A stretch of DNA of 64,000 nt from Camelus ferus (lineage: Eukaryota), in contig NC_045696.1 of NCBI RefSeq assembly GCF_009834535.1, positions 108,316,001 to 108,380,000 on the forward strand, given 5' to 3'. The translations under genes and the position numbers were made by a program. Shown piece by piece: positions 1-13,519 of this stretch. The notes beneath the pieces were generated by a model. The model saw only the letters and a program-made list of their open reading frames with translations, ran no database searches and was not told the DNA's origin. Numbering within the stretch: position 1 is the stretch's first letter; every line of letters starts with the position of its first letter.

Positions 1-212
1 TCACCAAGTCTTTGTTACACTATCTCCTTGGTCCAGGGTATATTTCTCCATCTGCTTTATGTCTTTATATGTATATACAAATAGTTTTAAAATAACTGTA
101 GATATATTATTATTATTATTATTACATTCTCCCACATCATTCCTTTTAAGTACTCACCATCTGATTCACACAGTTTTGATTTGATCATTTCCCACATATT
201 TATTATTTCTTA

Positions 213-330
213 CTGTGAGTCTTTAGCTTCCTCAAGGGCAGGGCATGCGTCTTAGACTTTGGCGTGCTCTGCAGTGCTGAGATCATCACAGCTATCGCAT
301 AAATGCTTGTGGAATATAAGAATGCATAAA
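213..330 (+). mobile_element. L2 LINE 3' end fragment
   Basis: ctgtgag..cttcctcaagggcagggc..cagtgctgag..ataaatgcttgtggaat resembles the L2 3' terminus. Confidence 0.6.
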
Positions 331-659
331 TAACTCTCCATTTTTTTTTTCCACTGGCAAGCTCATTGACAATAGGTGCCCGGAGTAATATAATTAGAAA
401 GCTCCAAAATAAAATTGTGTTAAGGAACTACTTAAACACTGTAAAGAAAAGTAGAAAAGACAGCCAATTAGTCCCTACAAGCACCCATGATTTCTACATA
501 ATAGAAGAAGTCATTTATTGGATTTAGTTGACTTAGGTTCCTGGTTGCAGGCTGTCCCCTGAGTCCTTGATTGCTTCATCCAAAAGGAGGAAGGAAGGGG
601 TCCCATCAGGGTCAGATTATAAAGAAGGAACAACCCTGAGCTCCCAATGTGTGCAGACG

Positions 660-830
660 TTCTGCTAAACACACTTTCTTTTGGCCTTCATCATAAATGT
701 GCCAGGTATGTTTTGTTATCCCCTTTGAAAGATGAGAAAACTAAGCTTTGAAAGGATGCATAACTTGTTTAAGAATACACAGCTGGGAAGAAGCAGACAA
801 GATCAAGTCCATTTCTATCTAGCTCTAAAA
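660..830 (-). mobile_element. MIR SINE
   Basis: ttatcccctttgaaagatgagaaaactaagc is the reverse complement of the MIR core. Confidence 0.7.
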
Positions 831-2029
831 ACAATGTTTTTAATTGTTTCCATACAGGACTAGACTGGTAATGTAAATGTGTGAACTGGCGAGGTCTAAG
901 AAAATTGGGAGAAGTATGCAAGTTCTGTTTAAAGGCATTCAGAAACAAAATTTAAAGACTGCTAGCCAAGAATGCAACCAAAAAAATCCATGTGTGCAGA
1001 CTAGACTTACCATTTGCACCTTTTATTTTTAATAAGGCACTGTGCCCAGTTTGGAGTGGGAGGCGTGGGTCTCTCTGGCATTTTCTGTGATGGCTGCTCT
1101 TAGCTGGTGAAGCCAGTCTGGAGCCCCCACTAACCCATTAGGGTGAAAAGCAGGCCATGTGGAGGTTGTGAGAGCAAAGAGGTGGTCCAGAGATACAGCT
1201 TAGGTGACACTCTTAAAGACAGGCAGAGCTGGGCTGTCTGCCGACAGGACCCAGCAAGGAGAGTGGGGTACAGCCACAGACTGGTGTGTGGCATGAGATC
1301 TGGGGGCCCCAGACAACAGAGTGTCAGGAAAATATAGGAACACACAGGTCAGCTGATTCTAGAAAAAAACACAGGTGGCCTCAGAGAGACCAGCAGGTGA
1401 TGGGGAAGGTAGGTGAGGAGGTAGTTGGGGCAGAGAGGTCAAGGGGAGGGATTCCAAACTACAGCTCCAAGGCTGCTGTATTCAAGGTTGGCCTTCTCTC
1501 TCCAGAGGCCAGAGGAGAGGATGCAGGGCCTTCTTTGGGAGGTCAGGTGGGGTTTAAGCTCAGGAGGTAAAAACAGAGTTCTGGGAGTTGTTTTCTAGAA
1601 CTTGCCCTGGGCAATGGAGGTTCCTGTCCCAATCCTTACAATTCATCACATACACACAGAGTAGAATCTATGTAAGAGCACAGGGGCACCTCTGTCACTT
1701 GAGATACAGCTGTCATTACTGCTGCATCACAACCTATGACCCTGAACATTTGCTCTCAGGACTAACACTGTTCAGGCCCCAGGGAAATGCTTCTCCATGT
1801 CTCTTGCTGTACGTCTTTGAAACACAAATCAACTCCTTCAGGTAAATGGGTGTTGGACTGTTGTCCTGAGAGAAAGAACAGGGAGAACTGGAGCAGTGGA
1901 AGCACTTAGCTAAGAGAAAAGACAAATTAGCAAGTCAACTCCTTCCTCTTAGGCAACTTGAATGCAGCAGGTTCTGCCATCATAAAGTATAATTTTCAAG
2001 AAATGTCACACATCCTTTTTATTGGGAAG

Positions 2030-3441
2030 AGGGCTTCTCTTCATGTCTCAATTTGTGGTTCTGGAGGTACTCAGAATTAACATGGCTTTCACAACAGTTA
2101 CATACAGTGGGTGAGGAATATTTTGCAATACCAGATATTGCATGTTACTCTCAAATTTGCATCTACGTGGGTCTAGATGTGACATCTGTCCTGATGTAAT
2201 ATCAGGAGGAAAGGACTTTTGACATCAACACCTAAATGGGCACTGAATGCTTAAACAAATAATCTTACTTTTATAAACTATTTACTAAGCTTTAATTAAA
2301 TTTTCCAAAAGTCAAATTAAAAATTAGGATTGATTTAAATAATTGTTTCAAATTAATGATATCAATCATTAACTACAATTTATATTTTACCTTTTGAATT
2401 TAATAGATAACAATATTTCAAAGGAAAAATACTTATAACTATTTGAGAAATAAATTTAATGTTACAAAGTTTTAGACAATGTACATTTTAAATGAAAATT
2501 TACTCAAATTGTGTACACTCTGAATGCAGTTTACATTTGATTTTTTGCAGGCTGGACTCATTTCATTCTCATGACAGCCCTGTGAGGCATCATCCTTATT
2601 TGTGCCAACTGAACACAAATTATATAAAATTTTTGATGATAGGAACATACACAGTGATTTTACTGAACTGAAGGCAAGGCAAATAAATTTCATGGAATAA
2701 ATATACAATAATTTATGAATTATGTGTGTATTTATTACTCAAATACCATCAGCCCATCAATAGGTCATCCACACATAAGCAATGATGATTAAAATGAGTC
2801 AACCTTGATATATTATCTTTGATCATATGAAGCCATATGCACGTATTTTTAAAATTTTGCTGTCTTGATGGTATAAATACATCATATAAGGTAAGAAGAT
2901 GCAATGTGTCATTTGCCAGTTTTTTATCTTTATGTATAACTTTTAAATATCTAGACATGTGTGGGTTTAGTAGGCTGAATTGTAGCCACCAAAAGATACA
3001 TTCAAGTCCTAATGCCTGGTACCTGGGAATATGACCTTATTTGGGAAAAGGGTCCTTGCAGCTGTAATTAAGTGAAGAGTCCTGAGATCCTGGATTAACA
3101 GGTGGGCCGTAAGTCCAATGACGCGTGTCCTCATAAGAGAGGCGAAGACATAGAGACACAGGGGAGCAGGCCATGTGAAGGCAGAGGCAACCCCAAGCCC
3201 AAGAACACCTGGGTCCCCCACAAGCTGGAAGAGGCAAGGAAGGGTCCTCTTCCAAGGCCTTTGGCGGGAACACGGTACCTCGATTTCAGACTTCCCGGAT
3301 CCATAACCATGAGAGAATAGATCCTTGATGTTTTGAGCCACCAGCTTTATGGTAGTTGATTATGAGAGCCTAGGAAACAAACACAGCGGGCTTCCATCTA
3401 TTCTCTTGTTCTGGGCCCTGCAGATAATAGGAGGGGGCCTG
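2030..3441 (-). mobile_element. hAT-Tip100 (Zaphod-like) DNA transposon relic, split by an MLT1 LTR at 2966-3385
   Basis: Minus strand begins caggccccctcctattatctgcagggcccagaacaagag..atggaagccc and continues acatgtctagatatttaaaagttata across the LTR. AT-rich body; left boundary approximate. Confidence 0.5.
2966..3385 (+). mobile_element. MaLR solo LTR (MLT1C-like)
   Basis: Starts t(t)tagtaggctgaattg..gaccttatttgggaaaagggtc and ends ctaggaaacaaacaca. 5-bp TSD gtggg (2961-2965) / gcggg (3386-3390). Confidence 0.85.
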
Positions 3442-3529
3442 GCTGCTGGGTCGGCCAGGCATGGGAGGCAGTACTAGAGCCCAAGTTTGAAACCTGCCCC
3501 TGTTCCAGGCCCTGGTGCCTTCTCAGAAA

Positions 3530-4205
3530 GACTGAGAGCTCCTTGGAGGCAAGTAGCCACCTTTGTCTTCTTTATAACCCCACCTCTTAGCCAGGTGCTC
3601 AGTATGAGTTAATGAAGAAATGAAGAAATGAATGACTGAATGCTGGTCGTTAGAGTGCGAGCTCCTGAGCTATGCTTGGCTGGATTAAAATCCAGTCCCT
3701 ACCAGCCAGTGGCTGTGACAAGGCTGTAACTTGACTCAGCTCCGAAGTCTTAGTTCACCCTCCCCAAATAGGGATAGCAGCAGTCACTTCACGTGGCTGT
3801 TACGAGGACCAGATGAGTCCATCCACGTAAGGTCACCAGTGTGTAACAAGCACTGGATACATGGTAGCCTCCATCTTCATCATCGTCATCATCATCATCA
3901 TTAATATTTTATAATGCCCCCCTCAGGGCATTCAGTCATGCTGTTCCCTTTCCTGAGATACCCTCACTCTTTCCCCCAGCTCACTCCTACTAATGTTTCT
4001 GGTCTCAGCTGAAAACTTACTTCTTCAAGGGCCCCTTCCCTGACCCCTGAGTTGAGATCAGTTATATGCTCTCGTACTCCTGTCCACATTTCCTGCAGGT
4101 CTGTGAGCTCTGGGAAGGTAGAGATTTTTGTTGTCCTGAGCACTAATGTAATGCTGTACCTAGCAAAGGATCTGATACAGAGTAAACAAGGTTATTGAAT
4201 GAATG
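3530..4205 (+). mobile_element. Cluster of L2 3' end, MIR and L2 3' end fragments
   Basis: ctgagagctccttggaggca..gaatgactgaatg; degenerate MIR at ~3650-3870; ctgtgagctctgggaagg..ttattgaatgaatg. Confidence 0.55.
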
Positions 4206-5287
4206 GTTCAGTCTGGTTCAAGATCTGATGGGAAGGAAATCTCAAAGGGAGAAGGATGCTGTCTCTGGCAAGATTAATTTGATTCAATTTCTTTACAGGT
4301 TTTTTTGCACCTCTCTCACCTCCATCAGATTTGAAAACTGAATTCAGGCTTTCTCGGCTCTCATAGTTGCCCGGCAACCTGACACTGGTTTGGGGGAGGT
4401 GCAAGAAATGAGATCCAGGATACTCAGGGTACGATGGGTTCCATATTGTGTGTGCAAAGTCTGAGGCTGGTCATGGTCTCATCCCGGCCCCCAGGGCATC
4501 TATGTCAGTGCCTGGCAAGGGCTCTTCTGGAGAAAGGGTGCCCATCTGGACTGGAAATAAAAACCCCTGTAATCTGACTTGCTGGGTGGTTTATACCCAT
4601 TAGCAGTGCTCCCTGCCAGAAGCCAAAATAAATGAAAGACAGCATCAAGATTTGGCTGGGGTCCTAGATCTAAGTTGGGGCCCTTAGGGCCTTGCCAAGG
4701 GACTAGGATGGGTTGAGCACGATACACTTGTGATTAGATGGTTGGATGGCATTTCTGGGACACTAGATAGACAGACAGTAGATGCAGAGGTCTGTACTGT
4801 TACATTTTGGGAATTGGTGCCAAGGACATGGTCCTCTCCCTTCTTGACCCACCTCCTTACCTAATCAGCAATTATGATCTGCCTTGCCTGCTCCAAGGGG
4901 CCCTGGACATCAGCCTCCTGCTGCAGGACACTGCTTCAGAGCTGGGCTGGGAGCCACTGGCCTTCCTTTCTCGCTACCAAGCCAGCAAAGGAGAGCTGCA
5001 GTGCATGCATCATCAGGCAGTAACTAGGCACTGGGGTAGCTGAATTGCAGGGCAGATTTAAGTTGGGATGGAATCTGCATGTCCACCCCTTGAAACAATA
5101 ATCTTTTAGATGCCTGTTTATCTTAGCCAGTTGAGAACCATCTTCACAAAGACTTAAAGCTTTGTACAAAGATGGAGTCGGAGGGCTGTGTCCTACCCTG
5201 GCCCTGTCACACTGGCCTGTGACTTTGGGCAAGTCCCTCCCTCCCTCTGGTCCTAGGGTTCCTAGGGGGATGGACCATATGTTCTTT

Positions 5288-5858
5288 CTTTTATTGAAGT
5301 ATAGCTGGTTTACAACGTTGTGTTAATTTCTGGAGTACAGCATAGTGATTCAGTTATACAACATATATATTCCTTTTCATATTCTTTCTCATTATAGATT
5401 AATACAAGGTATTATATATAGTTCCCTGTGCTATACAGTAGGACCTTGCTGTTGATCTATTTTATATATAGTAGTTAGTGTCTGCAAATCCCGAACTCCC
5501 AATTTAACCTTCTCTCCTCCTCCTTCCCCACTGATAATCATAAGTTTGTTTTTTATGTATGTCTGTGAGTCTGTTTGGTAAATAAGTTCATTTTGTGTCA
5601 TTTTTTTTTAGATTCCAGGATCCCTCCTACACTGTTGATGGGAATATAGTTTGATGCAGCCATTATGGAAAACAGTTTGGAAAGTCCTCAAAAGACTAAA
5701 AATAAACTTACCATATGACCCAGCAATCCCACTCCTGGGGATATATCCAGAGGTAACCTTAATTCAAGGAGACACATGCACCCCAGTGTTCACAGCAGCA
5801 CTATTTACAATAAGCCAAGCCATGGAAGCAACCCAAGTGTCCATCAACAGATGATTGT
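5288..5858 (-). mobile_element. 5'-inverted (twin-primed) truncated L1
   Basis: 5288-5617 is L1 3' UTR on the minus strand. 5618-5858 is the L1 ORF2 C-terminal region on the plus strand ([22 protein letters not shown]). 11-bp TSD ATATGTTCTTT at 5277-5287 and 5859-5869. Confidence 0.9.
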
Positions 5859-5974
5859 ATATGTTCTTTAATAGCTCATCCTATTTTAATATTCTGTTAT
5901 TATATCTGATTCAACCCTGTGGTCTGGAACCTAGCAGAGTATCTGGCACATAGTAGGTCCTTAACAAGAGTACT

Positions 5975-6180
5975 TTTTGTACATTATGTACTGCGTTAAG
6001 TACTTCACAAGTATGATCATCTCAAGGCATCCTCACAAAAATACGGGAAATGGGGGGTCTAAGGGGCTAAATAACCTGCCCAAGCTCATCCAGGCAGTAA
6101 GGGACAGAACAGGAACTTGAAATCAGTTATTTCTGGCTCTCACGTTCATGTTTTTATTGAACCACCAAACTATGCTGTCT
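5975..6180 (-). mobile_element. MIR SINE
   Basis: catcctcaca..ctaaataacctgcccaagctcatccaggcagtaag..aggaacttgaaatcag. Confidence 0.6.
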
Positions 6181-6959
6181 CTCAATAAATAACCTAAATA
6201 AATACATGAGTGTTATTTTTATTAGGTTAGCCTAGATTTTTGGTGAGTTAATAGATTTAGGTGGAAAACTGCTTTGATTGATTTCTTTGGATTGTCAAGG
6301 GACTGGCCAAGACAAGCATCACTGAGAAGTAGGAAGCACACCCTAGATATCTGAGTATATTGTGATGTAAAAATCTCTTAAAGCTTCCCAACAGTGACAG
6401 TGACTGAAAATTTCCCTCCTGGCCCTTCTGGGAAACACAACACCTTCAAGCCACTCTTTTGTCATACCAGCAATTGGCAGTGCCCTGTTCTCTAAAGCTG
6501 GGAGCCTGACTCCTAAGAAAGAATAGAAATGGAGACATTGATTTTTTTGAAGCAGGACTCCAGTCTGGTCTGAAGGGCAGGGATTTGGCCTATTCAGTTT
6601 CCTTTATTCTGAGCCCGGCATGAGCCCTCCTCCTAAGCTTTTCCATGGTGAGCAGATAAGCAGGAGAGACAGAATGAGCTCAGTCTAAGTGTTACGTGAA
6701 GCAACAGGCAGGACCAACCTTCAGTGAAGGTCTCTGCAAAGGGCACAAGGAAAGAAGGCAGGTTTTGCCCCAGAGCATAGAATGCGTCACCAGAAGCAGG
6801 TGTGATCAGAGCAGCAGAACAGGGATACATCCATTGGTGTTGTTCAGAATGATCTGCAGGATGGTCAGAGTCCCTGATGTGTATCATCAAGAGTCTGGAT
6901 TTCCCACACTGTAGCAAACGGGGGCCCCAGTGTGTCTACAAACCTGAGTAGGGCGGACG

Positions 6960-7450
6960 TCTGCTGCGTTCCCTCTTAGCATCACTCTCCCTTCCTGGGG
7001 AAAACGGGACCTTTGATTGCATTGAGGCGACTTAATCCTTTCCTCTATTCAGCCCGTAAGCTTCTGACAAAGGAGCTGACCCTAGAGCATAGTAGGGTTG
7101 TTCCCCACCCCAACCTCTGTAGTTTACAGAGATGAACCAGGTCATGCCAGACAGGATCAATGGGGCCCCCACCCAGGACTCCGGTTTCCCCTCCAGAGTA
7201 GGTGGGCTTCCCCAGATGAGCAAATTATTGTGATATACAAGATTAAAACTGCTGGGGGACCCCACGTACAGCCTGGACTTGGAGTCATCCCAGCGGCAGC
7301 AGAATTGGGAGACAAACTCAGGACACTGAACACTGAATTGTGCCTCCTTCAGGGGTGTTTCAGGGATGTCAGCAAACAAATTCTCTTTTGTTTAAGCCGA
7401 TGTGGATGAAGTTTTATGTGACTTTCACTGAAAGAGAGCAGACTGATTCA
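6960..7450 (+). mobile_element. Old MaLR LTR (MLT1J/K/L-like)
   Basis: 3' end ctcttttgtttaagcc..gttttatgtgactttc..gactgattca is typical of MLT1. Confidence 0.55.
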
Positions 7451-7953
7451 CTGACCGCTTACTGACCTTTAGCTGTTAGTCTATTTTCCTTTCCCATGGA
7501 CCAAATTCTGCGAACGGGTGGGTTGGGACAACATGAAAACTGGGCTGAGAAAATGTGTTTGGGGTGAACTGCAATGGGGACTCGCTTTAAGGGGAAAAGC
7601 CTACTTCACCAGTTTTGCCCAAATTATTATCATTTTTGGTTCCCTTGAAAATATCTTTTTTAAAGGTTAATCCTGCCTTTGACATCCTCTGTCTCCGTAT
7701 CCATGATGATGCCATTTAATGACATCCTGCATGGCATTTTCTATTAAGATGTTTAATAGCTTTTCTTTTTGAATAGGATGTAGGTAGATGGTTAGGATTG
7801 GGATAACTCACCTTCCCTAAGTTTGTTTTGTAGGATGTATGTATGTGGCCTGGTGCCCCTGCTGCCCTGTGGGAAGAGGATGAGTCACTGGGAGCCATGT
7901 CCCACTCTGAGCAATATCTCTGCTGGGAGGGTCCTTATCCAGATGACTATTTT

Positions 7954-8506
7954 AATTTAATTTTGAAAATAAAAAAATATATAATTTATTATTTATTTAT
8001 TTTACTTGAAGTATAGTTGATTTATATTATGTTTATTTCAGGTGTACAGCAAAGTGATTCAGTTATATATGTATGTATATCGAATAAATATATTCTTTTC
8101 CATTATAGGTTAATATGAGATATTGAATATAGTTCCCTGTGCTATATAATAAACCCTTGTTGTTTATTTATTTTATATACAGTGGTGTGCATCTCTTACT
8201 CCCATACTCCTAATTTATCCCTCCCCTTCTTTCTCCTTTACTAACCATAAATTTGTTTTCTATGTCTGTGGTCTGTTTCTGTTTTGTAAATAAATTCATT
8301 TGTATTATTTTTTAGATTCCACATATAAGTGATATCGTATAATATTTGTCTTTCTCTGTCTGACTTTCTTCACTTAGTATGATAATCTTGAGGTTCATCC
8401 ATGTTGCTGCAAATGTCCATATCTCATTCTTTTTATGGCTAAGTAATATTCCATTATATATAGACATATATAACATACATAGTGTGTGTGTATATATATA
8501 TACGTG

Positions 8507-8545
<39 letters not shown>

Positions 8546-8564
8546 CATATCTACTTTATCCCTT
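7954..8564 (-). mobile_element. 5'-truncated L1 (cetartiodactyl-type 3' UTR) containing a (CA)n microsatellite
   Basis: ttgaagtatagttgattta..ttagattccacatataagtgatatc. TSD cagatg(a/g)ctatttt at 7940-7953 and 8565-8578. Confidence 0.9.
8510..8542. repeat. (AC)n microsatellite
   Basis: About 16 AC units, preceded by (GT)/(AT) runs. Confidence 0.95.
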
Positions 8565-8949
8565 CAGATGGCTATTTTTAAATCCAAACATTTGGAATTC
8601 CTGAGGTCAGTGGATGAGAACAGCTCTTCCCAAGACTAATAACAAAGGCTCACCCTTTGTTGGTGGTGGGATATGAATAGTTACATTGGTGATGGAGGGA
8701 CTGATGGTGATGCTGAGAGGCAACTGTGAAAAATGCAATGTGGAGAGTATTTGGGGTACAAAGCCTTTTATCAATGTCTACCCCCAGGTGCTGGGCCTGG
8801 TTTGGTGTCTGGTTTGGCCCCACTGTGCAGATGTGTACCATGAAGTCAGCAAATCGTACAGTTTCAGAAGTTATACTGATCTCTGGGGTCATAATGTTAC
8901 CCAAGAACCAAGAGAAGCCATGATGCTGGTTGATTGGTTGAGGTGATAC

Positions 8950-9110
8950 ACATCCTTGCTACTCAAAGTGAGGTCCACGGATCAGTCCCATCACTGGATC
9001 GTCTGGGAGCCTATTAGAAATGCAAGATCTCACGTCTCACCCCAGACCTAAAAAATCAGAATCCCCAGGTGATTTGCATGCACAGTAAAGTTTGAGAAGT
9101 GCTGGTTTAT
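8950..9110. mobile_element. MER5A-like hAT-Charlie MITE
   Basis: cttgctactcaaagtgaggtccacggatcag..ttagaaatgca..aaagtttgagaagtgctg. Confidence 0.8.
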
Positions 9111-9749
9111 ACCCACTGACTCCAGTACTTCGCTCAAGTCCACATTTAATGAGCACCCACTGTGTTCCAGGCATTGTGCTGAGTACTACGGATATAAAGC
9201 TGAATAATGCATAGTCTTTTCTAAGGGGCTGCTCACAGCTTATTTCCTTCTTAATTCTTTCTCTAGTCTCTCTCCAACCATCAGCATTCTAGCTTTTGCC
9301 CTATCTTTTCACTGAAATGCTTCCTTTGAAGACTGCTAATGACCTGCTTGTTGTCAAATTCAATTTTCTCCTCTCTGTAGCATTTAATGTTTCTGACCAA
9401 CACCTTACCTCTTAAAGGCTGTCTTCTCTTGGTTTTGCTGATGTAGTGCCAACTTTGTTCTCTTTTTCTCTCCTCCATCCCCCATCTCACTTACAGACTT
9501 GTCTCTTTCCCCAGGTTTCCCTCTCACCTTAGTCCTTACCGTCTCACTAATTTATCTCATCTAGTTCCATGACATGAATGGCTTTTATTATAGAGTCCTT
9601 GGCCCACAGGAATCCCAGAACTGTTGATATTAAAAGGGGACCCTGGGTCTCTCCTTCCTATAGACTCTTTGAAAAGCTATCAATTGCTTCCAATAAAGAC
9701 TTAAATTTAGAGAATGTCCTGAAAAGAAGTAAGTTTTTTTTTTTTTTTT

Positions 9750-10215
9750 GAGTACTGCTGCTATAACAAATGATCACAACCTTGGTGGCTTAAAACTAGT
9801 TTATTGTCTTACAGTTCTGTAGGTCAGAAATCTCATGTGGTCTCACTGGGCTAAAATCAAGGTATCAGGAAGGCTGTGGTCTTTTCTGGGAGTTCTAGAA
9901 GACAGTCTGTTTCCTGGCCCTTCCCAGCTTCTAGAAGATGTCTGCATTCTTTGCCTCATGGCCCCTCCTTAATCTGTCAAGCCAGCTAAGTCCTCTTCAT
10001 ACTGCCATTGCTCTGGTTCTCTGTAGCCTGGAAAGGGTCTATGCTTTTAAGGAATTTTGTGATTGGACTCATTTGGATAATCTAGGATATTCTGCCATCT
10101 CCACGTTCTTAACTTTAATCACATTGCTGAGTCCCTTTTGCTACAGAAGGTAACATGTCCAGCTCAGGTGCCAGGATTAGGATATCATTGAGAGTCTATT
10201 ATTCTGCCCACCAAA
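9750..10215 (-). mobile_element. MaLR LTR (MLT1-type)
   Basis: gctgctataacaaat..ggtggcttaaaac..cttacagttctgtaggtcagaa..attctgcccacca. Confidence 0.8.
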
Positions 10216-10439
10216 GTGAGACTGAGGAGAGTAAAGGTTAGAGGAAGGGGAAAGGAAGGGTCGCATGTTCCCTGCATGCCTTGATGGTTCCAAGATGAGT
10301 TAATAAGACAGCTCAGCATCTACATTGGAAAAGTGGGCTGGGAATTAAGAGTGGGATGGGGGTGGGATGAGGCAGGGAGTACAGGGAGATGGTGATCTCA
10401 GGCCAGTCATCTATACACTGATGGCTACAAAGTCCATCC

Positions 10440-11645
10440 CCAGTCATATGGCGGAACAGCACCTCACACCCATCAAGTTCAAAACTGAACTCATTGTCTC
10501 CCTCATGTCAGTCTTCTCTTTTGTTTTCCCCATGTCTGTGAGTGAAATCACTATTTAACTTGTTATTCAAGGCACAAACTTTCAGTCATTCTGATTTCCT
10601 CTTCTCCATCTGCGTACAAAGAGGTCATGGACTCCTGTCAAGTCTTCTTTGCCTGTATTTCTTTTTTTTTTTTTAAATTTTTATTGAAGTGTAGTTGATT
10701 TACAATGTTAGTTTCAGTTGTATAGCAAAGTGATTCAGTTATACATATACATACATATTTTTTCTTTTCAGATTCTTTTCCATTATATGTTATTACAAGA
10801 AATTGAATATAGTTCACTGTGCAATGCAGTAGGTCCTTGTTGTTTATCTATTTTATATATAGTGATATGTGTCTGTTAATACAGTCTACAGTTTCTTCAG
10901 TACAGACCCAGTGCAGGCCCCTCACTGCCTTCCACCCAGCCCAGAGCTTCACCTCGAACCAGCTCTCCTGCCTCTGTGACCATCTGACTTCAGTTCACCT
11001 CCCACTCTGAGGTTGGGTGATCTTCCACTGATCTCTTTAGAATCAGTTCAAATACTTTGAAGCCAGCCTACTGCTTTCTGGATCAAGTCCAAATTTGCCA
11101 CAGTTTTCAAAGCCAGTTTGGCAACAACGTCCATATTTTGCCCTATTTCTGCCAAATTTCATCCTGTACTCTATACCCCAGACTAACCGAATCCTTGTTT
11201 TTCTTCATCTATGACCCTTCACTCTTTCATACTTGAGCAAATGTTACTCCCTCCATCTGATCCTACCTCCTGATCCCACAGGATCAAGCTCAGCCATTAT
11301 CTCCCTTCACCCTCCAGGTAGACTTGGCCATGCTGTCGCCCCAGAGGTCCACAGTTTTATGCACACATTACTATCGTAGCATCTAGCATATCGCCTTGTA
11401 CTTGTCTGTGTGCATGTCAGTCTCCCCTTCTAGACTCATTAGGCAGTATTGGTAGAGTCCTTCTCTGTTACCACGGAATTTTATTCACAGATTTTGATTA
11501 CTAACAAAGATTTATTGAGGCACAAGACTGTGTCTGTTTCTCCACCAGTCCATACCATACTTCAGAAAGGTGACACATCTATTCACCATGTACTGACATT
11601 GCTTTGTACAATGCCAGTATACTCAACTTGCTCATGTTGAATAAT
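10440..11645 (+). mobile_element. L2 LINE fragments, interrupted by an L1 3' end
   Basis: tcaaaactgaactcattgtc..ggatcaagtccaaa..tctccccttctagact..ttgaataattgaat. Confidence 0.55.
10661..10880 (-). mobile_element. L1 3' end fragment
   Basis: Poly-T then ttattgaagtgtagttgatttacaatgttagtttcag..gtaggtccttgttg. Confidence 0.85.
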
Positions 11646-12479
11646 TGAATACTATTTCTTTATCCAAATCTGAGAGCTAAGAAATGAAACCCCTACCTAC
11701 CCACCCAGGGGAGAAAGACTCGCTCCACACTCCCAACCCTGAAGACCTGTATTCCTTGGTCATGGTATTTCTGCCATGCCTCCGTCCATGCCAAGGAAGA
11801 TGTGGGTTCCAGTCTTAAGGAACAACAAAGGGTAAGTCTAAAAGCAATGATCTTTGGGGTCCCTTTCTAACTTGGAGATTCTGGAGAGTTATGGTTCTAG
11901 GAGAAGCTGATATTGGTTTCTGGTTACTCCTGCTCAGATAGAATCTGGAATGAATCCACTATGTCCCCTGCAGTTTTCTATTTGGTTGCATTTAACTTTG
12001 ATTGCCTTTTGTTCATTTAGTTGATCAATATTTTCTCCTGTGTGCCAAGCCCCATGCAAGGCCAAGTAGAGAGGAAAAGGGAATCAAAGAGGCTTCTGTC
12101 CTCATGGAGTCAAGGCCATAGGCGAGGAAGACTGTGCACAAGCAGTAGCTATGATGAAAAGTCATCAAGGTTAACACTGCCTTAGAGAATAAACTGTGCT
12201 ATGAGGGCTCAGGAGAGCTTGGGCTGAATTCTGAAGGCAGCCAAGAGCCACTGAAGGATTTTTAAACAGTGTAGTGACATGATTTGGTCAGATGAAGACT
12301 GAGGGAAGCTTTGGAATGATTTGGAGTTTCCCTTGGGCTGGTAAGTGGGGGATGAGGTTTTAATAGCTTGGAAGAAAGTAGGAGGAGAACATTTCAGGAG
12401 GAAAGAATGATAGTAGCAAAGACCCAGATGGGGGAAAGCGAGACAGTGGGTATTGAGAGTATAGATAATTTCTTATGGA

Positions 12480-13250
12480 AATCCCTGCACAACCAGCCTA
12501 GAAAGCACCCAGTTGTGTCCATGGAGCAATAGCATAGGTTTTGCAGGTTTCATGGCTGTACCTTGAAGGGATCTTCCCAGGTGAGTCTACTGAAGGAGAC
12601 CCTTGCCCAGAGAAGTGAGAACTTATGCTCCTATGGCATGTACTTTGTATGCTGCTCTGTCGCTATGGCATCCTACTGCTCTGGACCTGGCTTCCCTGGA
12701 GGTAGCTCCATAATGATGATGCATCAGTCTCATGCTGAAGTCCCAGGCTCCAGCATCTGTTAAACTGAGGAATCCATTTTTGGCCAACTGCCTTGACTCT
12801 TTGGGGGAGTCAATTTTAGAAGGAAGACTTCTCATGAAGATGCCATGTAGTAGGTATAGGCCTGCTGATTTGCAACTGCTCTGGTGATAGGGGAGCCCAT
12901 TCTTGGTCTGCATTTTCTCTTTGGAATTCACATAATGCTTTCATTATTCATAGAAATATTGCCATTCTCAGCCACAGTTCTGGGCATATTCCAGACAGAA
13001 TTAAGACCTGCCAATTATCCTACTGGCAAACAGAGATGATGAGCTTTCTGGAGGTTTTAACCAAGAGCCTGGCTGGTGAAGACACTGTAGCCAGTGACTG
13101 AGAAGGCAGTAGGGAATCACAGACCTTTTGGCAACATGACAGCAATTGTCACCATCTACTATCCAGTTGGATGGCCCTTTCCCTCGACAACTCTCATCTT
13201 TTGTTCCAGCAGAGGGTTTTACATTGAGCTTTTGGCGAATCATAACATCT
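12480..13250 (+). mobile_element. Possible ancient RTE-X/L4-type LINE relic
   Basis: Frameshifted translation near 12930-13060 (NAFIIHR..ILP..SATVLGIFQ..RIKTC) loosely resembles the RTE-X C-terminus; weak evidence. Confidence 0.3.
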
Positions 13251-13519
13251 GGAGGTTAGACAAGACCTGAGAAAACCTCTGGCCCCAAATTTTGTCCTGT
13301 GCATTTCACCCCAGCCTTGCTATTTCAGTTGAAAAGACCATGACTTCCCATACAGAAACCAGTTACACCTTTGTCATAAATCAAGTGACTAACTATGAAT
13401 GAGTCTGTTTTGTGTTATCTCTCTAGCTCCTAGCCATCTGAATTTCACAAATGAGTAAATTTTTGTTTTGTTTTGTTGTTTTTGATAAGTATAAGGTTTA
13501 GGGTGCTAGTTCTTTCTTT

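Noticed and set aside
8640..8945. Minus-strand peptide HLGVDIDKRL resembling a LINE reverse-transcriptase thumb motif
   Set aside because: Too short and unsupported by neighbouring motifs to assign.
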